Assembly (NCBI GenBank): GCA_010015585.1
Contig: ML975170.1
Source of the DNA: Eremomyces bilateralis CBS 781.70
Lineage: Eukaryota
Strand: one strand, 5' to 3'
DNA length: 64,000 nucleotides
Each line of letters begins with the position of its first letter. The stretch's first letter is position 1. Of this stretch, positions 27,901-41,497 are shown one piece after another. A model generated the notes under the pieces. It saw only the letters and a list, made by a program, of their open reading frames with translations. It ran no database searches and was not told the DNA's origin. The position numbers were made by a program, and so were the translations under genes.

Positions 27901-27928
27901 GCCGATGTGGCCGATGTGGCCGATGTGG
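27901..27928. repeat. 9-bp tandem repeat (GCCGATGTG)x3
   Basis: gccgatgtg gccgatgtg gccgatgtg g read directly. Confidence 0.9.
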
Positions 27929-28287
27929 AGAAGTCAACTCCACTGCAGCTACCAGTATTCGCTATGACCATAGTTATTAGACATAATACAGACATGTGTT
28001 AACCGGTAAATAAATATTCAAGCGATTGTTCTATGCTGGATATATTTCCATATCATCTACGAAGACTAACTGTTCCATCCTTAACGGATGATTATGACAT
28101 TTATTGAGTATGACATCCACCTCATCGACCACCGAGTTGGTCCACGGTCTTTTGGCACTGTTCGGCAAACGCCCCTGACAACCCACCCGATCCAAGTGTT
28201 CGGATGACGGAACGTGAAAAGATGAGCATCGGCACCGATATCCAACTTCCAAGACTCCAAAAGTCCAAATCCAAAACCGCGATCTGC

Positions 28288-30259
28288 TCACGAGAATTCC
28301 GCCATGAATGCCCGGTGGAATTCGACAATCCGTCCCGTCCACTCGGTCCCCGCCGCCAAAAATGTCGTCCGGAAATGCAAGGTACCCTCCTTCTGGCCAA
28401 ATCCGCTACCGGGGACGACGCACACTCCGGTGGCGTCCAGTAGCCGGGAACAATACATCTCGTCGGGTGACCTGCCTTCCTTCTTGGCCTGCTCGATTGC
28501 CTTCGGAGGAAGGTTGATTGTAGGGAAAAGGTACATGGCGCCCTGAGAGCTAGTCAGTATGCATGCAAAGTGGAAACGCCGGGGGAGAACTCACAGCCGG
28601 GTCCTGGCACTCGACGCCTTCCATGAGTTTGAACGCGTCGAACAGCGCATTGGCTCTCTGCTTCAACCCGAGGAAAATGTGGTCATACTCCTGCCGGTAC
28701 AGTTCGTAGCTCGGGTCCCCTTCCACAGGCGGATTGACCATCATTTCTACAAAGCACTGCCCGAGCACGGGAGGGCACAGCTGGATCGAGATGAACTTGT
28801 AGATCTGCTCGACCACCAGCGGGTCGAACCCGACGAGCTCCAAATAGCCGCCACGGTGGCCGCATTCGCCAACCATCCCCTTGCTAATGCTATGTAATGA
28901 GACTAGTTCGAGGTGATCGTACGCGCCCGGCGCTTCTTTTTGGAGATCGCGAAGCCCTTGTTTGAACGAGACGAATGACCCGATGAACACGTTGGTCTGG
29001 TACACCTCGTCGGCGATGACGACCAGCTTCTCTGCCGCGGCGAATTTCAGGACGTTACGGATGTCATCGGGCGACAAGGTGGCGCCTGTTGGGTTGCCGG
29101 GATTGACAACGACAATGGCGCGGACGTCGGTCCCTGCAGCTCGGGCGTCGGTGAGAGATTTCTTGATGGAATTGAGATCGGTGCCCCACGCGTGGGATTC
29201 CTCCAGATAATATGGTACACAGTGGGCGTTGAGGATGGAGAGGGTGGCGGTATACAGGGGATACTGCGGGATGGGAATCAGAATCCCGCTTTCAGGAGAA
29301 GCGCAGAGGATGTGGAGCATGGTGTTGACGCCCGATGAGGCGCCCCCGGAAAGATAGATCAGAGACGGGTCTGCAGGATATCCATCTCGCTCTATACCAA
29401 AATCAACATGCCATTCGTTTCAAGACGTTTACACGTCACTCACTCTCAATGAACTTGGCGACGCTCTCCCGTATTCCTGGAGCTCCCGTACTTTGGCTAT
29501 AAGCACCCACACTCTTAACGTCGCCCAGGAGCTTTCGCGCTCGGTCAATCACATCTTGCTTGTACCCCAAACCGCTCTTCAGCACCTCCTCCTTTTCCAA
29601 AAGCCCCGGATGCTCCAGCAGGCTTGCTACCTGGCGGAAGAAGGTAATCGGCTTCTGATCCAGCTGTTGTGGGTTGCCAATGTTGGCCGCAATGACGGTG
29701 TCGAACGGGAGGGAGCCTTTGTCTCCCCTCTCCAGCCGAGCACGGTATTCCTCCGAGCGGACGGCGAGCTCTCCACGAACGGCATACTGGGCCGCCTTGA
29801 CATTGGGATTGATATTCTCCAGAATACAACTCCAGGATCCGGCGGTAGATGACATAGTTCGACTAGTTGGGAGGGACGGCAAAACACTGAACTCGTCTGC
29901 GGATCCAAAAAGTCAGACAAAGAATTGAAAATCAAATATATTCGCGCAGTCCCGCGTCCCCTTGGCTTCGGTATATATCAGATCAGGTGCGGCACGCGTG
30001 ACTGGGTGCTTTTTTTCCACCGGTAAAATTTCTGTCGGTGAAAGGACGAGTCACAGCGGTCGAAAGGAAGAACGTTCGACGCGGATTCCTGCAGCCGGGG
30101 ACTGCATATGCGGACCAAAAGGAAATGCAATAATGGGGAAGGATGAGGGGACATACGACTCCGTCGGGCTATTAAGGGACTGGACCTGACCGACGCATCT
30201 TCACTAAGTCGGATGGATCGAACCGGTAGTAGACTGCGTGACCGCCTGATCAGCGACAT
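28288..30259 (-). CDS. ALT1: Alanine aminotransferase with an upstream mitochondrial presequence exon (second ATG at 29855)
   Basis: [34 protein letters not shown]...[15 protein letters not shown]. Exon 30259-30157 splices in frame to 29896. Confidence 0.93.
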
Positions 30260-31094
30260 GGAATACATCGGTATCCCGCGAACTTTGGGGTGGTGACGTG
30301 GTGTGGCAATTGGCAGCAACAGCGATATCGCTTATCTAGTTACCACCACCACAGGATCTGTGGACGTTCCTGTAATGAATGGCAGGAATGAGTGGAATGC
30401 CTGTAATTCTGTTGCAACGGCGTCTGAAGGTACCGTGGGGAAGAACTAGAAATGGGCAAACGCGGGTTGATGATCCCGATGAATTAGCAACTCTCCCAAT
30501 GAAAAGGAAAACTTTCCGTAGTCTAGCTGGGGGTCGGCATTTCGTCGCCAGGTGGGGCGATTGCGGAGCCGTATGGTTACTGCCTCGCCAGTCGCGATGG
30601 AGAAAAGGTGGTAAAGTTATTAGTGTATATCTTAGTTAGTGATCTTAGTGTATCTTCGTTTCTTTGCCAAAATGAATGATGATGGGATTCGGATTTCTCC
30701 TGAAACGATTTACGATCCACTGGGAGTGAACACAAGGCAGCCAATCATGGCGGCGTGTTCTATTCGGCCAATCGGATCGTGCGTCATTTGATTCTAGTGA
30801 AGCATGGTCAATTAGCACGTGGCAAGAAAATTCCTGCTTACTAAATGTCCCCTGAGGCCCTGGCGCCTGGCGGAGTCTCACAGTCACTGAACATGGAGGA
30901 TCCTCCGATTGAAATTCAAGGCAACAAGGCTTCCGAATAATTCCGGCTGCAATGCAGCGCATATGCATAAAGATATTAGTAGGTATGCTATGAACAGAGG
31001 AACTGTGAGCAACGAGGACTGACAATCTCATAAACTTAGCAGTCAATAGGCTTCGCTATCCGACGAAGAGCGTCTATGCTAAGAGTGCCCTAAA

Positions 31095-32657
31095 TCAAAC
31101 CTTGTAAAAGCAGAACGCGTGATAAAAGTTCGCCGCATCCATCTCCTGCGCCGTCACCAGCAGCTCCCCCGTGCGCGCATCGCGGACTCGCATCCGCTCA
31201 CTCAGCGGCCCCAGCGTCCGATCATCCTTCTCCTCCTCCCAGATCTCTTTGAACGTCTTCCGATACTCCAGCTCCAGGTTGAAATCCTCCGCCAGCGCCC
31301 GGAACGCCTCCCACGGCACCACGTACTCGGGCACCTCCTCAACCGCCTCCTCCAGGTTGTAGAAGTACTTCCAGCCGAACGGGGGGCGGAAGATTCCGTC
31401 GGCGGGGACCGCGCCGGGGAACTTCACCTGGTAGATGTCGTTGCCCCATTGCGGCTGTTTGACCACCTCGTCGGAGAGTACGTCGGAGTTCGGGATGACG
31501 CCGATGAACTTGCCGCCTTTCTTCAGGCTGCCCGCCACGTTGTTCAGCATGGTGCGCGCCTTGACTTCGCTTTCGAACGCGTAGTGCATGCAGAACATCA
31601 TCGTCACCATCTCGAATCCGCCGCCGCCGCCGGGCCCGGTACGGTTCCGAGGGTCGAACCCCACTTCTTGCACGATCGGGATGCCGCCAACGCTGAGGCC
31701 GAAGCAGTCCTGCACGTAGAACCGAGAATCGAAGAGCGGCGGCCCTCGGCGATTGCCTCGGCGCATTTCTTTGTATCGTTCACTGGCCTGTCGGATCGAG
31801 ACCTCCGCCGGGTCGATCCCCACGTACAGCGCGATGCCTGCCGAGCGCCACTTCTGTAGATCCCCTCCTTTGCCGCAACCGATGTCCAACACCTTGACGG
31901 GGTGTCGATCGGTATCCGTGGCGAACTTCTGAATGATGCAGCTCTTGATCCAGTTGTTGAAGCTGCGGAGTCCCTTGATCTTGCTGGCCGTCTGACGCCA
32001 CTCGCGCCCTCGTTGCTCCACCGAATTGTAGTGTTGCGTCACATAGTCTTGAACCCCTACACGCCTTGCCGGCTCGTGGTGTGGGAGCCTCGGATCGGCT
32101 CGTTGAATGGCCTCGACTTCAGTTCTGGGAACCCGTGCTCCTGCGCCGGGGCGCTTCCGCTCGCGAGGAGGAGACCGAGGAGGAGGACTGGGTGTTCGTT
32201 GCCGATTCTCCCTTGCCCGGGTACTGCTCGAAACTCTGGCTTCGTAGTGGCTAGATTGCAGCCGTGAGAAAGCCCCAGGGCGCTTCCTCTCCCGTGGAGG
32301 GGATCGTGGTGGTGGGCTGGGTGACCTGGGACGCGTATCTGCCCTCGGGCTTCTGGGTCGTCGGGAGGCAGCGTTGTTTTGCGTAAAACGGGATGTGGCG
32401 CCAGGTCGTTTCCGTTCGCGTGGAGGCGAACGTGGTGGTGGGCTGGGGGATCTCAAAGCCTCTGGCTCAATCCTTTGCTTCTTGCCATTTCTTACATCCG
32501 ATTTGGGAGACGGACGTGTTGGTGATCGTGCTGAGACGATTTCGACGCCGCCTACTGAATCAGATATCGTTGGTTCATCCTGAGGCCTGTCCAATTTGAC
32601 AACCTTGATCTCCTTTCCCTCCTCTTCCAGAGATGGCTCACGCGACCGCTTCGGCAT
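31095..32657 (-). CDS. ABD1: mRNA cap guanine-N7 methyltransferase (intronless)
   Basis: LRSFNNWIKS, VLDIGCGKGGDLQKW, FCMHYAFESE, VPEYVVPW, FYHAFCFYKV. Confidence 0.96.
   Translation of the reverse strand: MPKRSREPSLEEEGKEIKVVKLDRPQDEPTISDSVGGVEIVSARSPTRPSPKSDVRNGKKQRIEPEALRSPSPPPRSPPRERKRPGATSRFTQNNAASRRPRSPRADTRPRSPSPPPRSPPRERKRPGAFSRLQSSHYEARVSSSTRARENRQRTPSPPPRSPPRERKRPGAGARVPRTEVEAIQRADPRLPHHEPARRVGVQDYVTQHYNSVEQRGREWRQTASKIKGLRSFNNWIKSCIIQKFATDTDRHPVKVLDIGCGKGGDLQKWRSAGIALYVGIDPAEVSIRQASERYKEMRRGNRRGPPLFDSRFYVQDCFGLSVGGIPIVQEVGFDPRNRTGPGGGGGFEMVTMMFCMHYAFESEVKARTMLNNVAGSLKKGGKFIGVIPNSDVLSDEVVKQPQWGNDIYQVKFPGAVPADGIFRPPFGWKYFYNLEEAVEEVPEYVVPWEAFRALAEDFNLELEYRKTFKEIWEEEKDDRTLGPLSERMRVRDARTGELLVTAQEMDAANFYHAFCFYKV
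32143..32453 (-). repeat. Three copies of R(S/T)PSPPPRSPPRERKRPGA in the ABD1 N-terminal extension
   Basis: Copies at about 32397-32453, 32271-32327 and 32143-32198. Confidence 0.9.
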
Positions 32658-33152
32658 CTCTGTACAGGCCTTGGCGTAGAGGTTAAGTTGATATTGTATA
32701 GAAGGCTTGAAAGTCCTTGTTAGAGTACTGAGAAACCCGGTTCAATGTAGATTGCGTGGAATCTTAGGCGTTCCCACTGTCAGGTGATTCTCAAGGGGTG
32801 TAGTTGTGCATCAGGAATGCAAATATGACGCGATGAAAGAAGTAAATAAGGGTGAAGCGGATGGTGAACAAGGAGGAGGGTTCAAATATGACCGTCTGGG
32901 CCGTCGTGTCAATTGTATGGGACAGCAGCTTCAGGCTTGGCGCAGCCGGGGTGCTTGATGCTTCACCTCATTGTCACTCACAACTGAGAACAGGGCACTT
33001 CCACCTACAACGAGAGCTTCATCTGACAAATCCCTGGACAATCTATCCATTTGAACAAGAGAATACATTTGACCACTCCTCTCTTAACTTCATCCTTCTT
33101 CCAAATCGGATTCTGTACAACCTCTCCTCCATAAACACCCGACTCCCCAACC

Positions 33153-34727
33153 ATGGGCGATCCTCAGTTCAACAAATATCCCGACCTCTCCCTCTCCCAG
33201 CACATCTTCCACATCACCAACCCAGCATCCTCAAAAGGCACGAAGCAAGCGTCCCTCACAGTTCTCCAAGATGCGATCAAGGAGAACAACATGGCGCCGC
33301 TGTACCGGCATCTGGCCCACCCGTCCGAGGGCATCATGAACCTGTCCGGAGAGGGGACGACGGCACATCCGATGGGTGGACTCCGGAGGACGTCATCGGC
33401 CGCCGCTACGCTCCTTGCCACGCGACGACCCTCGTTGGAATATCCGCTCGCCTGGGACGAGAGCCTGCATGATTCCCTAGACCAAGAGAATAAGAAGGAG
33501 CTGGAGGCCATCCAGAAGGAGGAGGACGAGGCGACGGAGAAGGCGGGCGAGACGGAAATTCTGGCCGCGCGTGGGAAGCGGGCGGAGTTCTGGACAAAAG
33601 TTGGGGACAAGGTGAATACAGGTCCGAGATGCATGGGGTTCGAACACGACTAACTCCGGTCTAGGATAAAGCGGTCGCGGCCTTTGAAGAGGTCTTCGAG
33701 AAGACCAGCATTCTCGGCACGAAAATCGACATCGTCCTCGCCATCATCCGCATCGGTCTCTTCTTCGGCGATAAGCTCCTGGTCAAGAAGAACATCGAGC
33801 GGGCCGGCACGCTGGTGGAGAGCGGTGGTGACTGGGACCGACGGAATCGACTGAAGGCGTACCAAGGCCTCCATCTGCTGACCATCCGCGCACATGCCGC
33901 GGCGGCCCCGCTCCTCCTCGACAGCCTGTCAACGTTCACTAGCTACGAGCTATGCAACTACTCGTCCCTGGTCATCTACGCCGTGCTGGCCGGCTCCGTG
34001 TCCTTGAAACGCGTGGATTTCAAAGCAAAGGTGTTCGACGCCCCCGAAATCAAAGCGATCTTGGGTGATACGGATGATAGGATGGCTGCCTTATCTGGAA
34101 CCCTGTCGTCGGGCGCATCGACGGGAGACGAAGATATGACGGACGGAACCTCACAGTCCGCGACGCCAGCACCTGCCGCCGTGAACCTGACTACTCTTGG
34201 TCAGAGCCACGGCGGTCATCAAGACGACGAGGCGGAAATCGACTTCAAACCGCTCGCCGTCCTTGTGAACAGTCTTTACCGGGGACGCTATCAGTCGTAT
34301 TTCAGTGCTCTGGCGTCCGTGGAAGGTCAATTCCTCAACCAAGACCGGTACCTGTACGAGCATCGGCACTGGTTTGTGCGAGAGATGCGACTTCGCGGCT
34401 ACCAACAACTCCTTCAGAGCTACCGCGTGGTCAGCCTGACGAGCATGGCCAAGGATTTCGGCGTGTCGGTGGACTATCTTGATCGGTACGCATTACTCCC
34501 CTTTCTTCCGACGCCTTCCACTAACCTCACCCAGTGACCTCTCGCACTTCATCGCCGCCGACCGCGTCCCCTGCACCATCGACCGCGTCAACGAGGTCAT
34601 CGAGACCAACCGACCCGACGACAAGAACAAGCAGTACAACGACGTGGTCAAGCAAGGCGATCAGCTGATCACGAAGCTGCAGAAGTACGGCCAGTCGGTG
34701 CGGTTACGCGGCAGTGAGCGTGGCTGA
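33153..34727 (+). CDS. RPN7: 26S proteasome lid subunit; 3 exons
   Basis: MAPLYRHL, GGDWDRRNRLKAYQG, VREMRLRGYQQLLQSY, IETNRPDDKNKQY...KQGDQL. Introns ~33612-33664 and 34486-34535. Confidence 0.96.
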
Positions 34728-35167
34728 GGCGGGGAGCGCGTCGGTGCATTCGTAGGCGTTGAGCGGGGAACGCGTCTAGATACTTCTTTGGAGCGACGGA
34801 GCTTGTTTCGAGGATATAGAGAACGAAAATGAAAACGAGTATAATTTTCATGCCGTGGTCCACGCGTATCTGTAGCAGAATCGTTCCTGTCAACCGATTC
34901 CGCGTGGTTGTATGCAATGTCTAAGCTACGTGACGTAGACGGCAATTTGCTCCAAAACCGCCCGTCCAAAGGCGCAACACTGAAGCTGATTTCATCGCCC
35001 ACTACTAAAGTAGGGATCAATTCTAAAGATCTATAAATCTGCTCGGAATATCTTAAATCCTATACTTGGCGGGATCTAGACTCTGATCCGGCCATTCCTT
35101 AGGTACCGACGAAATTGACCCCGTCCCGCCCATCAAAAGCCCCTATCGAAAGAGCATTCAATCCGCC

Positions 35168-36455
35168 ATGATCCCCATCGCCGCCATCGGCGCATACTAC
35201 ATCGACACGATCCTCACGTATGTACACCAACCCTCACCCACCCACCAAACAACCCCCGCTAACCCTCCCAGCGTCCCCCACTACCCCTCCGAAGACGCCA
35301 AACAGCGCGCCTCCACCCTGACCAAACGCCCCGGCGGCAACTGTCCCAACACCCTCTCCGTCCTCTCTCAACTCCTCCCTAGAGCCCCTACCCACTCCTC
35401 CCCGCTGCCGCTCAAGTTCATCGGCGTCCTCCCTGCGCCGACGTCACCCGCATCGGACTTCATCCGCGCGTCGTTCGATGAGTTGGTGGATCTAAGTGGA
35501 TGTATTTACCGCGAAGGGGAGATGGAGGCGGCGGCAAGTTATATTGTGAGGAGCGAGGAGAGCGGGAGTCGGACGATTATCAATTTTAATCCGTTGGGCG
35601 AGATGGGGGTGGGGGAGTTTAGGGAGGGGGTAGGGGGGATGGGGAATGTGGGGTGGTGGCATTTTGAGGTGAGGTTGTTCGTCTTTATATATTGAGCGGT
35701 GGAGAGGGGATGGTGTTGGATTTCTGGAAGTGTTGATCGATTTTATAGGGACGGATACCGGATGTTACGTTGCAGTGCGTGCGATATCTAAGGCAAAGCC
35801 CAGAGACCCGGCATGCGAAGATCAGTGTTGAGGTGGAGAAACAAGGCCGCGACGGGCTTCAGGAGTTGGCGAAGGAGGCGGACGTGGTATTCTACTCGCA
35901 TGCTTGGGCAAAGGTATAGTGACCAGTGGAACCAGTTGTTTGCAGCCGATGGCTAAGGGAGTGGTCCAATATCAGAATCAGGGACACGATGACCCGGAAG
36001 CGTTCTTACGGTGGCAGGCGTCCGTCTGTTCCAGGCCAAAGTAAGTGATTCGCGACGCTATACGCTGCTTGTCATCCCACTGCGTGGGTTCTGTTCTGAC
36101 AACCAACACTTCATAGACAGCTATTGTTCGTTACTCTAGGTGATCAGGGTGCCGCGGCGCTGGATGCCGACCACGCCGAGTATTTCCACAGGCCCGCGAA
36201 GTTGGGCGGAAGCAAAGTCGTTGAGTGCGAAATCCTATTGTCGTCTTCATGAGCCGCGAGTCTAACTGCGACAGCACTGTGGGCGCCGGCGACTCCTTCA
36301 TTGCAGGGTTGATCTATAGCTTAAGCTATCATGATGAGTGGAACCTAGGGGCGACATTGGAGTACGCCAACCGACTTGCAGGGCTCAAAGTCTGTCAGGA
36401 GGGATTTGAGGGGTTGGGAATGAAGATGGGAGACGCGAACTTGGCATGGAGGTGA
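35168..36455 (+). CDS. pfkB/ribokinase-family carbohydrate kinase (ketohexokinase-like); about 6 exons
   Basis: IDTILT/VPHYPSED, RPGGNCPNTL, WHFE/GRIP, ISVEVEK, and spliced VD/TVGAGDSFIAG pfkB signature. Confidence 0.85.
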
Positions 36456-37202
36456 AGCAGTGTATAAGCTAGTCAATAAAGACAACGCTGAAGAAAGTAT
36501 CCATTGGGTATCTATTGGAGTGGATGCCCAAAAAGCATCATCCGGCATGGAAGAAGTTCGATGGCCTTGAAGCGTACGTAACCCTAGGTCGAAAACTCGA
36601 TCGTTCTGCTTTCGCCGTCCGTTACCTAAATATATTGAGTTCCTCTTATATGTTGCTTTAGATAGGTAAGCCGAAACGTGTCTCCATACGTAGGGTAGAC
36701 AACGTCGGAGGCAAAGGACTACCAATATCTTCCATGCCGTGGTCGGAGTGCTATTCCAAATAGCATGCAAAAGCCATTGTGCCACCCAGCTCTTAAACCA
36801 GATTTTGAGAATGCTAATAGAACATTCAACGGCCGTCCAACACCTCCAACCAGTCAAAAGGACACAGCCGATATTTGCTTCGCGCAATTGTTGGCCATTT
36901 TCGTCCTGATGTGTATGAATCAAAGTGATGCATATCCTCCACTTGGTTGAGGTCGCCCGCTCTTTCCCCACGACAAGACTCACAGCTCCCAGCACAGCCA
37001 TTTCCAGCCAGGCGACTCGTGGTTGTGGTAGAGTGATTCTTTCGTCCCTCCGGCTCTACTCCCAAGAAGCAAGTAGCGAACGCGGGAGCGAGTGGCCCGC
37101 ATAATCGTTCAGAAGAAAGAAGATCTGTGCTCAGATTATCCCCATTTCTCGTCATTAGAATTCGTAAACCTCGTCCGGGAACGACTTCCAGAGCCGACCG
37201 TC

Positions 37203-39393
37203 TTATATCCTATAACCATACTGCCCCCCTCCTTGCTGGTCTTGGCTTCCAGGGTCATCCCAACCTTGTCGTGGAGGCGGTCGACTTGAGCCTTGCCCGG
37301 GTCCCGCAGTCGCCGACCTCGCCGGCCCGTTGCTCAATGTCGGCGGCTCAATCGGCATTGTTGCACTGCGCATTGGCGGTCGGAAACCTGGGGCGGTCCC
37401 AGACCTCGGAGGCGCCTGGGACGGAGCGGTGAAGTCTCGACGTGGGGGGTAGCCTTGCGATGGGCTGGCTGATGCGGGAGCGGGTGAGTACGCGCGGTAG
37501 CCGCCGGGGTTGGGGCCAGAAGTGTTGCTGGAAGAGGAATCGAAAGTTGGCATGGTGGGTGCGCGTTGGGGAGGTGGTCGGCGGGGGAGGGGACCGGTGG
37601 GAGGCGGGGCGGTGCCTGCTCGTTGGGGGTATGGGCGGGGAGTACGGGGATTGGAGGGATGGGAGTAGTTGGATGTGTTTGTATTGGACCGCTCAACGGG
37701 ACTCATTTCGTACGATGGACCTTGACCGTGTGGTGCCATGCGGTCATCGAAATGCGAGTTGGGACTGAGGGGAGAAGGGCTTCCAGACGCATCACCTATT
37801 GATGTAAGTTTGAATTCAACACGTAAAGGGGTTGGGTGCTAACCTCGAAGGTTCGGCCTTGAAAAATTCGAAGGCCCTGGAGAATTTCGACCTTGCGCGG
37901 TAGGTGGTCGAACTGGTAGGGACAAGTCCGATCTCTGAGTTCCGCCAGTTACGGACCGATTTAGAGGAGCGACGCCATATCCGGGAAAATTGCCCATGGG
38001 CGAGCCAGATCTTGTAGGGTCGCTGTAACCCATGTCGCCTGCTTGACTCAGCAAGGGCGCGTGGGAACCGTAGCTGGCCTCGGAATAAGCAGACGACTGA
38101 GTCTCCGTGCGTTGTGGCATCCCAGGATGTTGAGAACTGGCCATGCCTAACTCTAGATCCGGAAGCGTTGGCTGTCTCGATATTCCAGGCGGCGGATTCC
38201 CAACTGCGGTGCCCGGCCTGGACGTGTACGGAGGAAGGGTAGTTTGTGAATCCATTCTGTTGAGGGATACTTCAGGCAACTTGCTGTCTTCATCCAGCTG
38301 GGGAATCGTTGGTTGCCGTGATGGATCGATGGGTCCTTGGACGAACCCCTTGCCGTGTTTTCGGTCCCTCATCACCTGTTTCCGTCTCTTTGCCTCCTCC
38401 TTCTCCATTGTCTTCCGAGCCTTCTTCGCTGTGATTAATTCCACTCGAGAGTCAATCTTTCGTCGACAATAGCTCGAAAGAGACCCATCCGCTGATGGAA
38501 TGTAGTGCCAGAGGAAGATCAGGTACATCACGATCGATAGTATCAGACAAATGATGGAGATCACCCAGATGATCAAAGTGAACAACATGGCGAACAGGAT
38601 GACGACTTGCTGTTTGTCGGATTCAGACGCCAAAATGCGAACATTGTCGAAAAACTGGAGAATGGCTGCGCGGTCATCATCTTCATTCTTTCCGGGAATG
38701 AGATCGGCCTGTAGGACCGACCATAGAGTCACGGAATTGACGACCACGCGAGGTCCCTCGGCCAAAATCAGGCGGATCGCGCCTTGAAGGAGTCAGCCAT
38801 GTTCCGAATGATCTCGCAGCATGGGAGCAAGGCGTAATCTGGTGCCGTACCTTTGAATTGGAAATATGCAAACAAGGCGATATAATCCACGCCTTCTTTA
38901 CTCTTGGTCAATTTGGTGAAGACGAGGAACCGCTTCCATCCTTTCCCGGACCCTGGACGAATACTCTGCAGTTTGACCGCCATGGGGTCAAGATAAGAAT
39001 CGGCCACACCACCTTTTGAAATGACTCGGAGAGCGCGTAGCCACTCGAATATGATCAAAGCGACGGAGAGGATGATACAGACTGCAAATATCCATTTCGA
39101 CACCGTGAACGGAATTGCAGGCTTTACCTGCCCAGCCCATCGATTGAACGCAAGGAGGTTAACGGCGGTGAAGATGTCCGCTGCGAAGACGGCGATGGAA
39201 ATGATAATAAGCATCCACAACCAGATATACGAAAAGAAGGTAAAGCATGATGAGGTTCGGAAATCGTCGAGATTCTGCGCGCGAACTTAGCCATGGCCGT
39301 CTTAGAGTTTTAGAGATTCAGATGTACTGACCACATACTCCCACTTATTCGCCTCCCGCACCGGACCGCGCATTTTCGAGCCTCCCAAACCCA
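37203..39393 (-). CDS. KCH1: Kch1/Kch2(Prm6)-family membrane protein with a Pro-rich cytosolic tail; 4 exons
   Basis: KWEYV/NLDDF...AADIFTAVNLL...KWIFAVCIILS, LAEGPRVVVN, YCRRKID and RQPT(I/L)P motifs. The intron at ~37797-37842 joins the tail ORF in frame. Confidence 0.7.
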
Positions 39394-40668
39394 TCTTGAA
39401 TGGGAGGCGGATTCGGACGGTTTTGGAGTATGACTGAGATCTTCGAAACGGGAAGCGATCGAAGTCAGGAACAGGCCGGCTGCTCCTTTACGCGCAATCA
39501 GGCACGCCTCTCAGGTCAAAGGCAAGGTGGATGAAACGAGTGATCAATCGGAACCATGCCTCGTCGTCGCTGTGTCGTGTAGATTGAGCGGAGGATGCAA
39601 GTGGTCGCAGGATACTGCGCAGAAGAGTGTCGAGGGAGCGTCGAGCGAGAGTCAACCGAGTCGCATTCAAGAAAGTCCGACAATAAGATACGATCGGTTT
39701 CAATAAGGAGTGTAATTGTGCCGGTGGCCGTTTCGGTAGAAGTCCTATTCAATGAGTGACAATAGGGGACAGGAAACGCGGGGGGCTTGTCTGTGTCTCC
39801 CAAAAAATAACCAACACAATTCTGACGATTCGTATCTAGTGAAACATAGCAATGAAGGAACGATAGTAGCCAAATAATGGCATCCCCAAGAGTTAGTGAT
39901 TGAAAGACCTGAGTGAGGTTGGACTTTGGAGAGCAAACGGTAAAGATGGTGGAGCTGGAGAGATATGCACTGTGCCGTGCGATGGGGCATCATTAGCTGG
40001 GGCCATTCCTTCTAGGGACGGGGAGTTTAGAGTTCAAGCGGAACTGCGGAAGATGAGGAATGAACCTACTGGGAAGGTGCAACCATCGAACAGGGACCCC
40101 CTTGCGCCAAGATTTCCCTTCGTTTGAAGTTTGGAGATTCGGACCCAAACTGGTCAAGACCGGCCAAGATTGGTTAAGCTTTAAATCTCAAGAAATTGAT
40201 CATCCTGTCGTGATTCTGATGTTCCGGGTCCATTCCCCCTCCAGGACGCTGATGCGTCCATCGTCAGGAACGATCGACTCTTAGTTACCAACTCAGGCTG
40301 GAGGACTCAGGAGGAGGATGTGAATGGCGAAGATTATCCCGAGAGCTGAAGTCAGAAGTGTCACTTGTAATACTACTAATTACACATAACCGTTTCTGCC
40401 ACCCATAGGCTCTCCAGCTTGCATTTTCCTGGGCAAGAGAGGGTTATCATCACGTGTTTCGATTTTCCACAAGCTGGGATCCTAATCCCCAGGATTTCTG
40501 GAGATTCCTTCGGTACTACGGAGTGCCTATGTGTGTCCTTCGCGTCATTGGACAACTTCACCGTAAGATATAAATAGTAGCAGAGTGTTGGTACTATCCC
40601 AGAGTATCACTACTACCTTATACGGGGAAGCGCCCGTACAACGGCACTGCATCCATCATTCTTCCTGC

Positions 40669-41497
40669 TCACAGTCCCATCATTGATCCATAGAGCTCTC
40701 CAGCCTCAATCTGCATCTGGAGCTGTATCACGTGTTCTCCACCCATTCCTCCCGGGCCCGAACCGATGATCTGTTCTCCTAGCAGACGGAGCTGCATCGG
40801 CATCTGCGGATTGCCATATCGCTCGATGATATCGCTCTTTTCCACTCCGGCGTTGAATCGAGCCCATTCCTCGTTCCGGGACAATCCCATGCTCAGGACG
40901 TCTTCATCGTCTTGCGCCGTCCACCACGGAGGGAGCACGCCGTTGCGACTCTTCGCTTTCGCTAGGAATCGTCGGAACGGGCGCCCACTGGCACCATCTT
41001 CGGTTTCCATAGAAAATTCGCCAGAGAACTTGTAATCGTCCTCTTGCCGAAGACGGAAGCAGTCGATCAGGAGTCGGTAAGTGTCTTCTTTGGGGCGGTT
41101 GTGCAGCCACGTCTTGCTATGGAGGGCATGGAATGGCTTGTCGATGGCGACCTGGAGGCCTTTAACTCTTCGGCCTGAAGAAGAAGACGAAGACGTGTTG
41201 GTCGGACCGTTGGGTCCACAGCTCCGTTTGTGCGTCTTCCAGTCGGCTTTCTGGCACGCTTTGGAACAGTATTTGGTCGAACGACAGCGCGAGCAAGTCA
41301 AGAGGCTCCCGGATGTGGTTTCGGGCCCGGTCTTTTCACATTTCGCACATTTCGGTGCCTCGTTGGATTCCGAACGTGGAGTGGTCTCGGTCGCTTGGCT
41401 AGAGTCAGTTACCAAACCACCAGTATCATTGGGACATCTTTCGACGCCCTTGGAACACGGTACCAGGGGTTGTTGTTGTTGTTGTATTGGCAGACAT
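40669..41497 (-). CDS. MYND zinc-finger protein with a fungal C-terminal domain (start tentative)
   Basis: CAKC...CSRC...YCSKACQKADWKTHKRSC MYND motif, then LIDCFRLR, LPPWW, PMQLRLL. No in-frame ATG; the ATG at 41497 joins only via a proposed intron 41463-41394. Confidence 0.75.
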
